DNA of 64,000 nt from an uncultured Gammaproteobacteria bacterium (GTDB lineage: Bacteria; Patescibacteriota; Patescibacteriia; Patescibacteriales; UBA12465). Under the pieces are notes generated by a model, which saw only the letters and a program-made list of their open reading frames with translations, was not told the origin of the DNA and did no database searches. The stretch is from positions 337,997 to 401,996 of the forward strand of contig CAYYDR010000001.1 of assembly GCA_964470695.1 (NCBI GenBank), in the 5' to 3' direction. The position numbers and the translations under genes were made by a program. The stretch's first letter is position 1. Each line of letters opens with the position of its first letter. Below, piece after piece: positions 54,341-63,148 of the stretch.

Positions 54341-55450
54341 ATGATGCAGCTTGTATTTTTTGCCAGCTCTCTCATCGCCCTATTAGGCGGCCATGCTTTA
54401 TTTTGGTTTATTTTTATTAAGTTCTTTCATATTACCGCTAGCTCTGATCAGACAGTCGCCGGTATTATTATTGGTATTTTATTTGTAGGGTTTATTCTAT
54501 CTTCATATTTAATACATAAATGGGATAATTTTTTTACTAGGGTTTATTACATTTTCTCCGGCTTATGGATCGGCTTGTTTATGAACCTTTGTTTAATGGC
54601 CTTCCTCATAATATTAATTAAGCTGGCTGGTCCGCATTGGGGTTTTTATTTAGAGGAAAATTATCTGCGCTTGATATTTTTTGGCGGGTCATTGCTTATA
54701 TCAATTGTTGGTATATATAATGCGATAGTGCCTAAAGTGACCGAATATGAGGTCAAAATTAAAGATTTGCCTGAAGCCTGGGACAATAAAACCGTAGTCC
54801 AGATTTCTGATGTCCATCTCGGCCCGGTTTATCGTAAGGAATTTTTTTATAATTTAATTAAACAAGTTAATAAATTAAATCCGGAAGCGGTTTTTATCAC
54901 GGGCGATCTGTTTGATGGAATGGAGGCGGAATTTTCTTGGATGAATCATCCTTTTAATAACTTGCACGCCCCGCGCGGCACTTATTATAGCTATGGCAAT
55001 CATGACTTATATCTCGGCTATAGGCGGGTAAGGAGCCTATTAGAAGGTAATCCAGTTACGATTCTTAATAATAAAATGGAAGTGGTGGATGGCTTGCAGA
55101 TAATTGGTATTAATTATTCTTTTAATAATGACTTTGATTTAGAGGAAGCAATTTTAAAGCAGGTAGATTATGACTCCAGTAAACCTAGCATTCTTTTATT
55201 TCATGCGCCCCGTAATATAAATTTAGCCAGAAAAGTCGGTATTGATTTGCAGCTATCTGGGCATACTCATGACGGCCAAATGTTCCCTTATAATATTTTG
55301 ACTAAATGGGCACATGGCGGCTATGGCTATGGGTTTTTCCAGAAAGGTGATTTTAATTTGATTGTGTCAGCCGGAGTTGGTTCTTGGGGGCCGCCGATGC
55401 GGACCTCGGCGCGTAGCGAGATTGTTAAAATAATTCTTAAGAAAAAATAG
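54341..55450 (+). CDS. membrane-anchored calcineurin-like metallophosphoesterase
   Basis: 4-5 N-terminal TM helices, then ISDVHLG, TGDLFDG, GNHD, GHTHDGQ. Confidence 0.8.
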   Translation: MMQLVFFASSLIALLGGHALFWFIFIKFFHITASSDQTVAGIIIGILFVGFILSSYLIHKWDNFFTRVYYIFSGLWIGLFMNLCLMAFLIILIKLAGPHWGFYLEENYLRLIFFGGSLLISIVGIYNAIVPKVTEYEVKIKDLPEAWDNKTVVQISDVHLGPVYRKEFFYNLIKQVNKLNPEAVFITGDLFDGMEAEFSWMNHPFNNLHAPRGTYYSYGNHDLYLGYRRVRSLLEGNPVTILNNKMEVVDGLQIIGINYSFNNDFDLEEAILKQVDYDSSKPSILLFHAPRNINLARKVGIDLQLSGHTHDGQMFPYNILTKWAHGGYGYGFFQKGDFNLIVSAGVGSWGPPMRTSARSEIVKIILKKK

Positions 55451-55473
55451 TTTAAAAATATAAATATTATAAA

Positions 55474-56490
55474 ATGAATATTTCCGATTTAAGCAAAATT
55501 TTAGCCGCTGAACCAAAGTATCGTTACGCTCAGATTAATCAGGCCTTATGGCAAGATTATATTTCTGATTGGAGTGAAGCCTCAAGTTTGCCTAAAGCTT
55601 TGCGGGAAAAATTAGCCCAGTCATGCTCCTTGGAAATTAAGGCGGAATTGCTTAAGGCGGCTAATACTAAGAAAAGTGAAAAAGCGATTATCACAATGGC
55701 TGATGGGGAAGCGATTGAAACTGTTCTTATCCGTCAGAAAGATGGGCGCAATACCGTGTGTGTTTCCTCCCAGGCTGGCTGTCCCTTGGGCTGTGCTTTT
55801 TGCGCGACCGGCATGAATGGTTTCGGACGTAATTTACAGGCAGAAGAAATAGTGGAACAAGTAGTATTTTGGGCGCGTCAGCTAGTTAAAGAAGGGCGGG
55901 GCGAAAAAGTTGATAATATTGTTTTCATGGGCATGGGCGAACCTTTTCTTAATTATGAGGAGTTTATTAAAGCGGTAAAATTTTTGAATAATCCGGAAAC
56001 TTTAAATATTGGCGCCCGCCGCATGTCAGTTTCTACGGTCGGAATTACCGAGGGAATTAAGCGCTTAGCCGGAGAAAAGCTACAGATTAATTTAGCTATA
56101 TCTCTCCATGCCCCTGATGATGGCTTGCGAATGTCTTTAATTCCGGTGGCTAAAAAATATCCGCTGCGAGAAATTTTTAAAGCCGTGGATAATTATATTA
56201 CTAAGACTAGCCGCCGCGTGATGTTTGAATATTTAATGATTAAGGGAATTAATGACAGAGACCAGGATGCCGAAGAACTTTTAGAGCTCATGAAAAAACC
56301 CTTATATATGGTTAACCTTATTCCTTATAATCCAACCGGCAAATTCAAAGCTTCTAGCCGAGAGAGAATAGAGGCCTTTAAGGATATTTTAGAGAGGGGC
56401 GGCGTGCCAGCCACCATTCGCTTGAGCTTTGGATCAGATATTTCTGCCGCTTGCGGACAGTTAAGAGGCAAGAGAAAGCCCCGCGTTTAA
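55474..56490 (+). CDS. rlmN: 23S rRNA/tRNA (adenine-C2)-methyltransferase, radical SAM
   Basis: CVSSQAGCPLGCAFCATG, MGMGEP, C-terminal GSDISAACGQL. Confidence 0.92.
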   Translation: MNISDLSKILAAEPKYRYAQINQALWQDYISDWSEASSLPKALREKLAQSCSLEIKAELLKAANTKKSEKAIITMADGEAIETVLIRQKDGRNTVCVSSQAGCPLGCAFCATGMNGFGRNLQAEEIVEQVVFWARQLVKEGRGEKVDNIVFMGMGEPFLNYEEFIKAVKFLNNPETLNIGARRMSVSTVGITEGIKRLAGEKLQINLAISLHAPDDGLRMSLIPVAKKYPLREIFKAVDNYITKTSRRVMFEYLMIKGINDRDQDAEELLELMKKPLYMVNLIPYNPTGKFKASSRERIEAFKDILERGGVPATIRLSFGSDISAACGQLRGKRKPRV

Positions 56491-56541
56491 CGGCGCTCTT
56501 CGGTGGCCGCGCTTTTAAGCCAAGAAATTTATTTTAGAAAT

Positions 56542-56572
56542 AAAAAACCCGGCTGATTAAGTCGGGTTTTTT
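56542..56572. terminator. bidirectional rho-independent terminator
   Basis: AACCCGGC / GTCGGGTT stem, A-run upstream and T-run downstream, between convergent genes. Confidence 0.75.
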
Positions 56573-56589
56573 AGGTTCAAGATATGAAC

Positions 56590-57573
56590 CTAAGCGTTTA
56601 CAAAACTGCGGATTATTTCCGCGTTAATGCATTTAAGAACGTTATCCTTGCTCAGGTTTAGCTGGAAATAATAATTGAGTATATCATCAATGTCTATTTC
56701 CTTAGATCGGCCGGATAAATATTCTTTTCCTTTAATACTGTAATCCAGTATAACTAGCCATGGGAATTTTTTTATTCCTTCTTCTAGTATCCCAGTTATA
56801 TCAGTATATTCGCCAACCTCGCCCAGTTTTAGATAACCGACTGGGCGTTTAACTAGTTTAGCTTCGGCAAAGTGAGGAGAGTCATCTGATAGGCGGTTTA
56901 TAGCCTCCTCTGCCTCCTGGCGTGCCAATAAGCCTAAGTCAGCTAAACAGCTGATTTCCGCGTTATTTTTGCCATCAGCTATTTCCTGGACTATGTTCCA
57001 GAAAGTCTGGACATAATAGTTATTATCAAGGTGTTGATCCATGGTCCAGCTCACTTCAAGAGACAAAAAATATCTCTTAGCAGTTGGATTCTCAAAGATT
57101 GTTGCTTCCTTTTTTGAGCTCAATGATTTCTCCACCATCTGCCAGCTTATTGGTATTGGATACCAATTTTTGAGTGCCATCATTGCGCCTATTGCCGATA
57201 AATCATATCTTTTCATCAGGCAATACTTCCTAGCTTGTTCCCAGCCAGATTTGCTCCAGGAGTGGTTATCTAGACAGAAAACAACTGAGCCTTGATGTCT
57301 TTCCAAAAAAGTAAGCATGAATTCTTCCTCATCTTGATTTTTTGGGCCTATGCCAAGAATGTATATTTTTTCTTCATTTTGGCTATCCATGACCCCTGGC
57401 ATTGGCAAATCATAAACGATATTCTGGACGCTCTTCTCATTGTTGATGTTGCTTGGTATAGCGGGAATGAAGACGCTTATTTCTTCGCGGCCTATTTTAT
57501 TGAGGATAGCGGCGACAAGATATACAAGGCCTGGTTGGTAAGCATCAAAAAAAATCTTATGGATTGTTCTCAT
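56590..57573 (-). CDS. hypothetical protein, weakly DHH/DHHA1-like with degenerate motifs
   Basis: 327 aa, NrnA-like length. HKIFFDAYQPG..AAIL, VVFCLDNHSW, and LSGRSKEIDIDDI sit where the DHH motifs I and III and the DHHA1 S.RS motif would lie. GGGH is absent. Confidence 0.5.
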   Translation of the reverse strand: MRTIHKIFFDAYQPGLVYLVAAILNKIGREEISVFIPAIPSNINNEKSVQNIVYDLPMPGVMDSQNEEKIYILGIGPKNQDEEEFMLTFLERHQGSVVFCLDNHSWSKSGWEQARKYCLMKRYDLSAIGAMMALKNWYPIPISWQMVEKSLSSKKEATIFENPTAKRYFLSLEVSWTMDQHLDNNYYVQTFWNIVQEIADGKNNAEISCLADLGLLARQEAEEAINRLSDDSPHFAEAKLVKRPVGYLKLGEVGEYTDITGILEEGIKKFPWLVILDYSIKGKEYLSGRSKEIDIDDILNYYFQLNLSKDNVLKCINAEIIRSFVNA

Positions 57574-57588
57574 TGTCCCATCCTTTAT

Positions 57589-57603
57589 TTTAATGAACGA
57601 TTG
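57589..57603 (-). promoter_or_regulatory. conserved 5'-leader motif, copy 2 (sense CAATCGTTCATTAAA)
   Basis: Identical 15-mer to 49710-49724, 2 nt upstream of AAAGGA. Confidence 0.45.
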
Positions 57604-57625
57604 ACAGCATTAATTAGTAGTATTA

Positions 57626-57654
57626 ATAATAAAACGATTTGTTGATAATGTCAA
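57626..57654 (-). promoter_or_regulatory. sigma70-type promoter candidate
   Basis: Minus-strand TTGACA, 17-nt spacer, TATTAT. Confidence 0.5.
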
Positions 57655-57733
57655 TTACTATTGGCAAAAAATTGGTAAAATGGTGTATAATATAAATAAG
57701 ATATTTCTAGGTAAATATTTTAAAATTAAAAAT

Positions 57734-58174
57734 ATGAAAACTAAAAAGCGGAAAGCCCTGCCTGTTAAAGGTCGGTTTAAGCTTAAAACGACTGAGGCTC
57801 TGACCATAGTCGTGACCGTTTTATTTTTAGAGGCTATTATTCTTGGTGTTAATTTTTATTTGAGCCATACGTCTCAAAATAGCCATGGCCAATTGTCTTC
57901 TATTGCTGGCATAAAAATAGCTGAAGCCGCTCCGGCTAATATAGATGTTTATGCAATTGAAGAAATAACTAATTCTAGCTGCCGCCAGGATGTTGATTGC
58001 CAGGTTCCGGGAGAATACTTAATTCAATCTCGTTGCCAATTCGCCTCAAAATGTTTAGGTAGCTATTGTGCGATAGTCTGCCCAGGATTAAACAATTTGA
58101 CTTGGAATGAAGCCCTAAAAATTATTAATAATGGAGATCAGAGGCCAATAATGCTTAGGCCGCACCAGCTCTAA
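57734..58174 (+). CDS. small membrane-anchored Cys-rich extracytoplasmic protein
   Basis: Basic N-terminus plus one TM helix, and 6 Cys in about 45 aa. The ATG at 57680 lies inside a TATAAT box and is rejected. Confidence 0.5.
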   Translation: MKTKKRKALPVKGRFKLKTTEALTIVVTVLFLEAIILGVNFYLSHTSQNSHGQLSSIAGIKIAEAAPANIDVYAIEEITNSSCRQDVDCQVPGEYLIQSRCQFASKCLGSYCAIVCPGLNNLTWNEALKIINNGDQRPIMLRPHQL

Positions 58175-58177
58175 GTT

Positions 58178-58732
58178 ATGACTCACGAAACTAAAATAAA
58201 AGTTACTCTAGGCGATATTACTAAGATAAAAGCCCAGGCTATTGTTAATGCTGCTAACCGTGATTTATCAGGCGGCGGCGGTGTTGATGGTGCTATTCAT
58301 GCGGCGGCTGGGCCGGAATTAGCTGAAGAGTGCCGCGGCCTAGGCGGCTGCGAAACTGGCCACGCTAAGATTACCAAAGCTTATAAATTACCCGCTAAAT
58401 ATGTTATTCATACCGTCGGGCCAGTTTATGGCCACGAAGAAGGGCGGGAAGAATATCTATTATCCTCTTGCTATCGTAATAGTTTAATTTTGGCGAAGGA
58501 ACACGGAGCCAGGAGTATCTCTTTCCCTTGTATTTCTGCTGGTATTTTTAAGTTTCCTCATGATCAGGCCGCCGAAATAGCTGTTAGGACTGTTACGGAA
58601 TTTGTTGGAAAATACCCCGAGGCCTTTGATCAAATTATTTTTGTTACCTATGAAGAAGACGACTATCAGCTATATGAGGCGGCTATAGCCAAAGAGCGTT
58701 TCAATAAGCTAAAAGCTATTTGCGAAGCTTAG
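58178..58732 (+). CDS. macro-domain protein (O-acetyl-ADP-ribose deacetylase, YmdB-like)
   Basis: GDITKIKAQAIVNAAN..L.GGGGVDGAIH.AAG, HTVGP, SFP.ISAG.F. Confidence 0.88.
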   Translation: MTHETKIKVTLGDITKIKAQAIVNAANRDLSGGGGVDGAIHAAAGPELAEECRGLGGCETGHAKITKAYKLPAKYVIHTVGPVYGHEEGREEYLLSSCYRNSLILAKEHGARSISFPCISAGIFKFPHDQAAEIAVRTVTEFVGKYPEAFDQIIFVTYEEDDYQLYEAAIAKERFNKLKAICEA

Positions 58733-58789
58733 CCTAGTCTCTTGACTATTGTTTAAAAAAAAGTTATTATATTGTTGACCTAATTAAAG

Positions 58790-58817
58790 AAATTACGTCA
58801 GATACGTAATTTTTTTA
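58790..58817 (+). terminator. rho-independent terminator
   Basis: AAATTACGT-CAGAT-ACGTAATTT then a T-run. Confidence 0.75.
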
Positions 58818-58859
58818 TTTACCCCTTAAATTAATTTTATTACTGTTTAATCTTATACT

Positions 58860-60644
58860 ATGGATATTCGCAATATTGCCATTATCGCTCATGTTGACCA
58901 TGGCAAAACAACCCTAACTGACGCCTTAATGCGCCAGACGGGCATGTCTGACGCTAGTGTTAGCATGGACTCTAATGATTTAGAAAAAGAGCGAGGAATT
59001 ACGATTTATTCTAAGAATACTTCGGTCTTTTATCGTGATACTAAAATTAACATTGTTGATACCCCTGGCCACGCTGACTTCAGTTCTGAAGTTGAGCGTA
59101 TTCTGCGTTCCATTGACTGTGTTTTGCTATTAGTTGATGCTCAGGAGGGGCCTATGCCTCAGACTAAGTTTGTTTTAAAGAAATCTCTGGAGCTTGGCAT
59201 TAAGCCAATTGTGGTTATTAATAAAATTGATAAGCCCGCCGCTCGCCCTGAAGTTGTCGGCGAGATGGTCTATGAATTATTTTTAGACTTAGGAGCGAGT
59301 GACGAACAGTTAGATTTCCCGGTTATTTACGCGATATCTAAGCAGGGTATTGCTAAAAAGAACTTAGCTGATGAATCAACGAATCTTGATCCGCTTTTAG
59401 ATTTAATTTTAGAACATGTCAGTCCGGCTTCCAGTATTGAGTCAGAATCTAAACCACTTTTAGCCCAGCCTTTTAATCTCGCCTATGATAATTTTTTAGG
59501 TCGCTTAGCTATCTGCCGTATTTATCAGGGCCGAGTAAAAGCTGGCCAGACCGTTTATATTGAAAATTTAAACGGCGAAACTAGGCAGGGTAAAATTACT
59601 AAATTATTTACTTTTTCCGGTTTGGCTCGCAAGGAAGCGGTTGAAGCAACTGCTGGCGATATCGTAATGGTAGCTGGCCTGCCGGATATTTATATTGGTG
59701 AAACTATTGCGGAAGCGGCTGATCAATCGCCGCTACCAGCTATTAAAATTGATGAGCCGACTATTTCTTTGGGATTTTTGGTTAATAACTCGCCTTTTGC
59801 CGGCCGCGAAGGGAAGTTTGTTACCAACCGCCAGATTAAGGAGCGGTTAGAGAAAGAATTAGAAGTTAACGTTGGTCTGCGTATTGATTTTTCTGATATG
59901 AATTTTTATAGAGTCTATGGACGCGGCGAATTACATATTGCAATATTGCTAGAGAATCTGCGCCGGGAGAATTATGAATTACAGGTTTCCCAACCCCAGG
60001 TAATCATTAAAGAGGAAAACGGAGTGAAGTTAGAGCCGTTTGAAGAAGTAACAATTGATATTCCGGAAAATATGACTGGCGTTGTTATGGAAAAAGTTTC
60101 CGGCCGCAAGGGTTTACTTAAAGATTTGAAAACTCATAATGGTCAATCGCGTTTGATTTTTGATGTTCCGACTCGCGGCTTGTTAGGCTATCGCAATGAA
60201 TTTATTGTTGATACGCGCGGCGAGGGCATTCTTTGTACTCATTTCGCGGGCTTTCGCCCTTTCGTCGGCAATATTGAAAGAAATAGGTTAGGGTCAATGA
60301 TTTCTATGATTAGCGGCAAGGCCTTGGCTTTCTCTCTCTGGAATCTTCAGGACCGAGGAGTTTTATATATTTCCCCAAATGTAGAGGTTTATGAGGGCAT
60401 GGTTATCGGTAATGTCGCCAAAGGTAATGACATGGCCGTTAATCCGATTAAAGGTAAACAGTTAACTAATGTTCGCGCCTCTGGTTCTGATGAGGCAATT
60501 ATTTTGACTCCGCCTTGGGATTTGAGCCTAGAAAGAGGGCTCAGCATTATGAATGATGATGAGTATTTGGAAATAACTCCTAAAAATATACGCTTGCGCA
60601 AGCAGCTCTTAACCGAGAACGACCGCGTTAGAGCGAAGAGATAA
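58860..60644 (+). CDS. typA: translational GTPase TypA/BipA
   Basis: IRNIAIIAHVDHGKTTL, DTPGHADF, NKID. The C-terminal domain is typical of BipA. Confidence 0.93.
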   Translation: MDIRNIAIIAHVDHGKTTLTDALMRQTGMSDASVSMDSNDLEKERGITIYSKNTSVFYRDTKINIVDTPGHADFSSEVERILRSIDCVLLLVDAQEGPMPQTKFVLKKSLELGIKPIVVINKIDKPAARPEVVGEMVYELFLDLGASDEQLDFPVIYAISKQGIAKKNLADESTNLDPLLDLILEHVSPASSIESESKPLLAQPFNLAYDNFLGRLAICRIYQGRVKAGQTVYIENLNGETRQGKITKLFTFSGLARKEAVEATAGDIVMVAGLPDIYIGETIAEAADQSPLPAIKIDEPTISLGFLVNNSPFAGREGKFVTNRQIKERLEKELEVNVGLRIDFSDMNFYRVYGRGELHIAILLENLRRENYELQVSQPQVIIKEENGVKLEPFEEVTIDIPENMTGVVMEKVSGRKGLLKDLKTHNGQSRLIFDVPTRGLLGYRNEFIVDTRGEGILCTHFAGFRPFVGNIERNRLGSMISMISGKALAFSLWNLQDRGVLYISPNVEVYEGMVIGNVAKGNDMAVNPIKGKQLTNVRASGSDEAIILTPPWDLSLERGLSIMNDDEYLEITPKNIRLRKQLLTENDRVRAKR

Positions 60645-60669
60645 AAAATGGATATTTTACAATATCCCT

Positions 60670-61464
60670 ATGTTACTTTCTAAAAACCAAATAAAAATAG
60701 TTGTTTTTCTGACCGCCTTAGGCGGTCTTTTTGGCTTGATTTTAAATAATCGTCCGGCCTTAGCGGACAACACGGCCAAACCTTTTTCGGAAAAAGTGCC
60801 GGTTTTGATGTACCATTACATATCTGCTGCTCCAGCCACCACGACCTTGCCCGGCCTTTATCTTGACCCTAAAATATTTTCTAATCAACTAGCAGAATTA
60901 AAAAAAGACGGCTATAAAACTATTTTTGTGTCTGATTTAGCCATTAGCCTAAGAGCGGAGGAAAAGTTGGCTGATAAGCCGATTGTGTTAACTTTTGATG
61001 ATGGTTATGAAGATTTTTATACCCAAGCTTACCCTATTTTAAAAGAGTACGGATTTAAAGCAACTCTTTATGTTATTATTAATCGTTTAGATACGCCCGG
61101 TTATTTAACAAAAGAGCAGGTTAAGGAATTGGCGAGTGGCGGTATGGTGGAAATTGGTTCCCATACTTTTAATCATCCCGACTTAAGGACATTGAAAAAC
61201 CGGGCGGCTGGGTTTGAAATAAAAGACAGCCGAGCGGCCTTATCTAAAATATCCGGAGCATCCATTTTAACCTTTGCTTATCCTTTTGGCTATCAAACGC
61301 CGGCGGACTGGGCAATGGTTTCCTCAGCTGATTATTTAGGGGCAGTAGGGACTCAGCCGGGCGTTTGCCAGTCAATGAGTGATATTTGGCTTATTAAACG
61401 TTTGCGGCCAGATAATCGTCAGGGGCCAGTATTTTCTAAATGGCTCGCGGATTGGTTAAAATAG
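60670..61464 (+). CDS. polysaccharide deacetylase (NodB homology domain), secreted
   Basis: Signal/anchor helix; LTFDDGYEDFY; GSHTFNHPDL. Confidence 0.85.
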   Translation: MLLSKNQIKIVVFLTALGGLFGLILNNRPALADNTAKPFSEKVPVLMYHYISAAPATTTLPGLYLDPKIFSNQLAELKKDGYKTIFVSDLAISLRAEEKLADKPIVLTFDDGYEDFYTQAYPILKEYGFKATLYVIINRLDTPGYLTKEQVKELASGGMVEIGSHTFNHPDLRTLKNRAAGFEIKDSRAALSKISGASILTFAYPFGYQTPADWAMVSSADYLGAVGTQPGVCQSMSDIWLIKRLRPDNRQGPVFSKWLADWLK

Positions 61465-61540
61465 ACCGGTTAGAACGCTCAAATTATTTTGTTTTAAAGG
61501 TTTTTTGTGGTATAATAATAAAAATTAATTTAAAAAAAAT

Positions 61541-62110
61541 ATGAAAAAAACAATTTGGATCGTTATTATCGCGCTGGTTGTTTTAGTCGGCGCTTGGTTT
61601 TGGTCTTCTTACAATCGCCTAGTAACTGCTAGCGAGATGGTGGACGGGCAGTGGGCTCAAGTAGAGACCCAGTATCAAAGACGTTTTGATCTTATCCCTA
61701 ACTTAGTTTCATCAGTTAAAGGGGCGATGGGTCAGGAACAACAGGTTTTCGGCGATTTAGCTAAAGCGCGTGAGAATTACAGTGGCGCTAAGACTGTTAA
61801 TGATAAGGCGGCGGCAGCTAGCGAAGTAGAGGGAGCTCTAGGACGTTTGTTGGTAATAATGGAAAATTATCCACAGCTTAAATCTATTGATACTGTTAAT
61901 ACCCTGATGGCTCAACTGGAAGGAACGGAAAATCGTATTAGTGTTGAACGCGGACGGTTTAATGATGAAGTCAGAGGTTTTAATGTAATGATTAAGCGTT
62001 TCCCGATGAACATGATGTCTGGTGTCTTTAATTTTTCCGAGAAGACTTATTTCCAGATAGAAGAAGCGGCAGCTAAGGCTCCGACGGTCAACCTGGAGTT
62101 AAATAAATAA
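61541..62110 (+). CDS. lemA: LemA family protein
   Basis: N-terminal TM helix, YN.LV......QWAQVETQYQRR.DLIPNLV. Confidence 0.88.
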   Translation: MKKTIWIVIIALVVLVGAWFWSSYNRLVTASEMVDGQWAQVETQYQRRFDLIPNLVSSVKGAMGQEQQVFGDLAKARENYSGAKTVNDKAAAASEVEGALGRLLVIMENYPQLKSIDTVNTLMAQLEGTENRISVERGRFNDEVRGFNVMIKRFPMNMMSGVFNFSEKTYFQIEEAAAKAPTVNLELNK

Positions 62111-62125
62111 AATAGCGATAATTAG

Positions 62126-63046
62126 ATGCGGCGCTTATTAGTATTTTTTAGCCTAATTTTGTTTTTATTATTTGGATATTCTGTCCATGCCTATTCTAAC
62201 CCAGGAGAGCCGACTGGTTTTGTTAATGACTATGCGGCTCTTTTGTCATCCGAACAAAAATCAAACTTGGAGGCCAAGTTAAAAAAATTTAGCGAGGAGT
62301 CTAGTAATAAAATTTCTATAGTTACTATTAAAAGTTTAGATGGCGACTATATTGAAAATTATGCGGTTAAGCTTTTTAAGGATTGGGGCATAGGGAAAGC
62401 TAAGCAGGATAATGGTGTTTTATTGCTAGTGGCGCTAGAAGATAGAAAAATGCGGATAGAGACTGGCTACGGTTTAGAAGGGGCTTTGCCAGACGCAACG
62501 GCTAGCGAAATCATTACTAAAACTTTACGACCGGCTTTTCAAGCTGGAGACTATTATCAGGGCATTGATAGGGCAACAGATAAGATAATTGACGCAACAA
62601 GAGGAGAATATAAGGCCGACATGTCTCTTCCGTCAAATATCACTAATATCTTCAAATTTAATTTAGAGTCGCTTTTTTGGATAGGCCTATTTATTTTTTA
62701 TGCTTTAGGTTCTCTCTGGCGGCGCTTAGCGAAGAGTAAGGCTTGGTGGGAAGGAGGAATAATTGGCCTGGTTATAGGTTTAATAATTGCTTTAATATTT
62801 TTTAGAGCCCTATTAACAATTATTATTCTGCCTTTAATTCTAGGGGGATTTGGTTTATTGCTAGATTTCTTAGTTTCTAATATATTACCTAAACCTCCCG
62901 TTCCTGGTAAGAGAAAAAATCATTTTTGGTTTTTGGGCGGACCGGGTGGTTTTGGCGGACATTCAGGGGGCGGTTTTGGCGGCGGAGGATTTGGCGGTTT
63001 TGGCGGCGGCTCATCGGGCGGCGGCGGATCTTCCGGCAGCTGGTAG
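62126..63046 (+). CDS. TPM-domain (YgcG-like) membrane protein with Gly-rich tail
   Basis: GFVNDYAALLS..Q...LE..L......S...I.IVT..SL; GVLLLVALEDRKMRIETGYGLEG.LPD; TM helices; GGFGGGGFGGFGGGSSGGGGSSGSW. Confidence 0.8.
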   Translation: MRRLLVFFSLILFLLFGYSVHAYSNPGEPTGFVNDYAALLSSEQKSNLEAKLKKFSEESSNKISIVTIKSLDGDYIENYAVKLFKDWGIGKAKQDNGVLLLVALEDRKMRIETGYGLEGALPDATASEIITKTLRPAFQAGDYYQGIDRATDKIIDATRGEYKADMSLPSNITNIFKFNLESLFWIGLFIFYALGSLWRRLAKSKAWWEGGIIGLVIGLIIALIFFRALLTIIILPLILGGFGLLLDFLVSNILPKPPVPGKRKNHFWFLGGPGGFGGHSGGGFGGGGFGGFGGGSSGGGGSSGSW

Positions 63047-63095
63047 ATAAGAGACTAGCAGCCAGAAAAAAATATTAAAATATTTAGCCAATGAA

Positions 63096-63124
63096 AAAAG
63101 CACTTGTTTATGACAAGTGCTTTT
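63096..63124. terminator. bidirectional rho-independent terminator
   Basis: AAAAGCACTTGT / ACAAGTGCTTTT perfect 12-bp stem between convergent genes. Confidence 0.75.
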
Positions 63125-63148
63125 GTAAACCTAAAATCAAGAGGCCCA

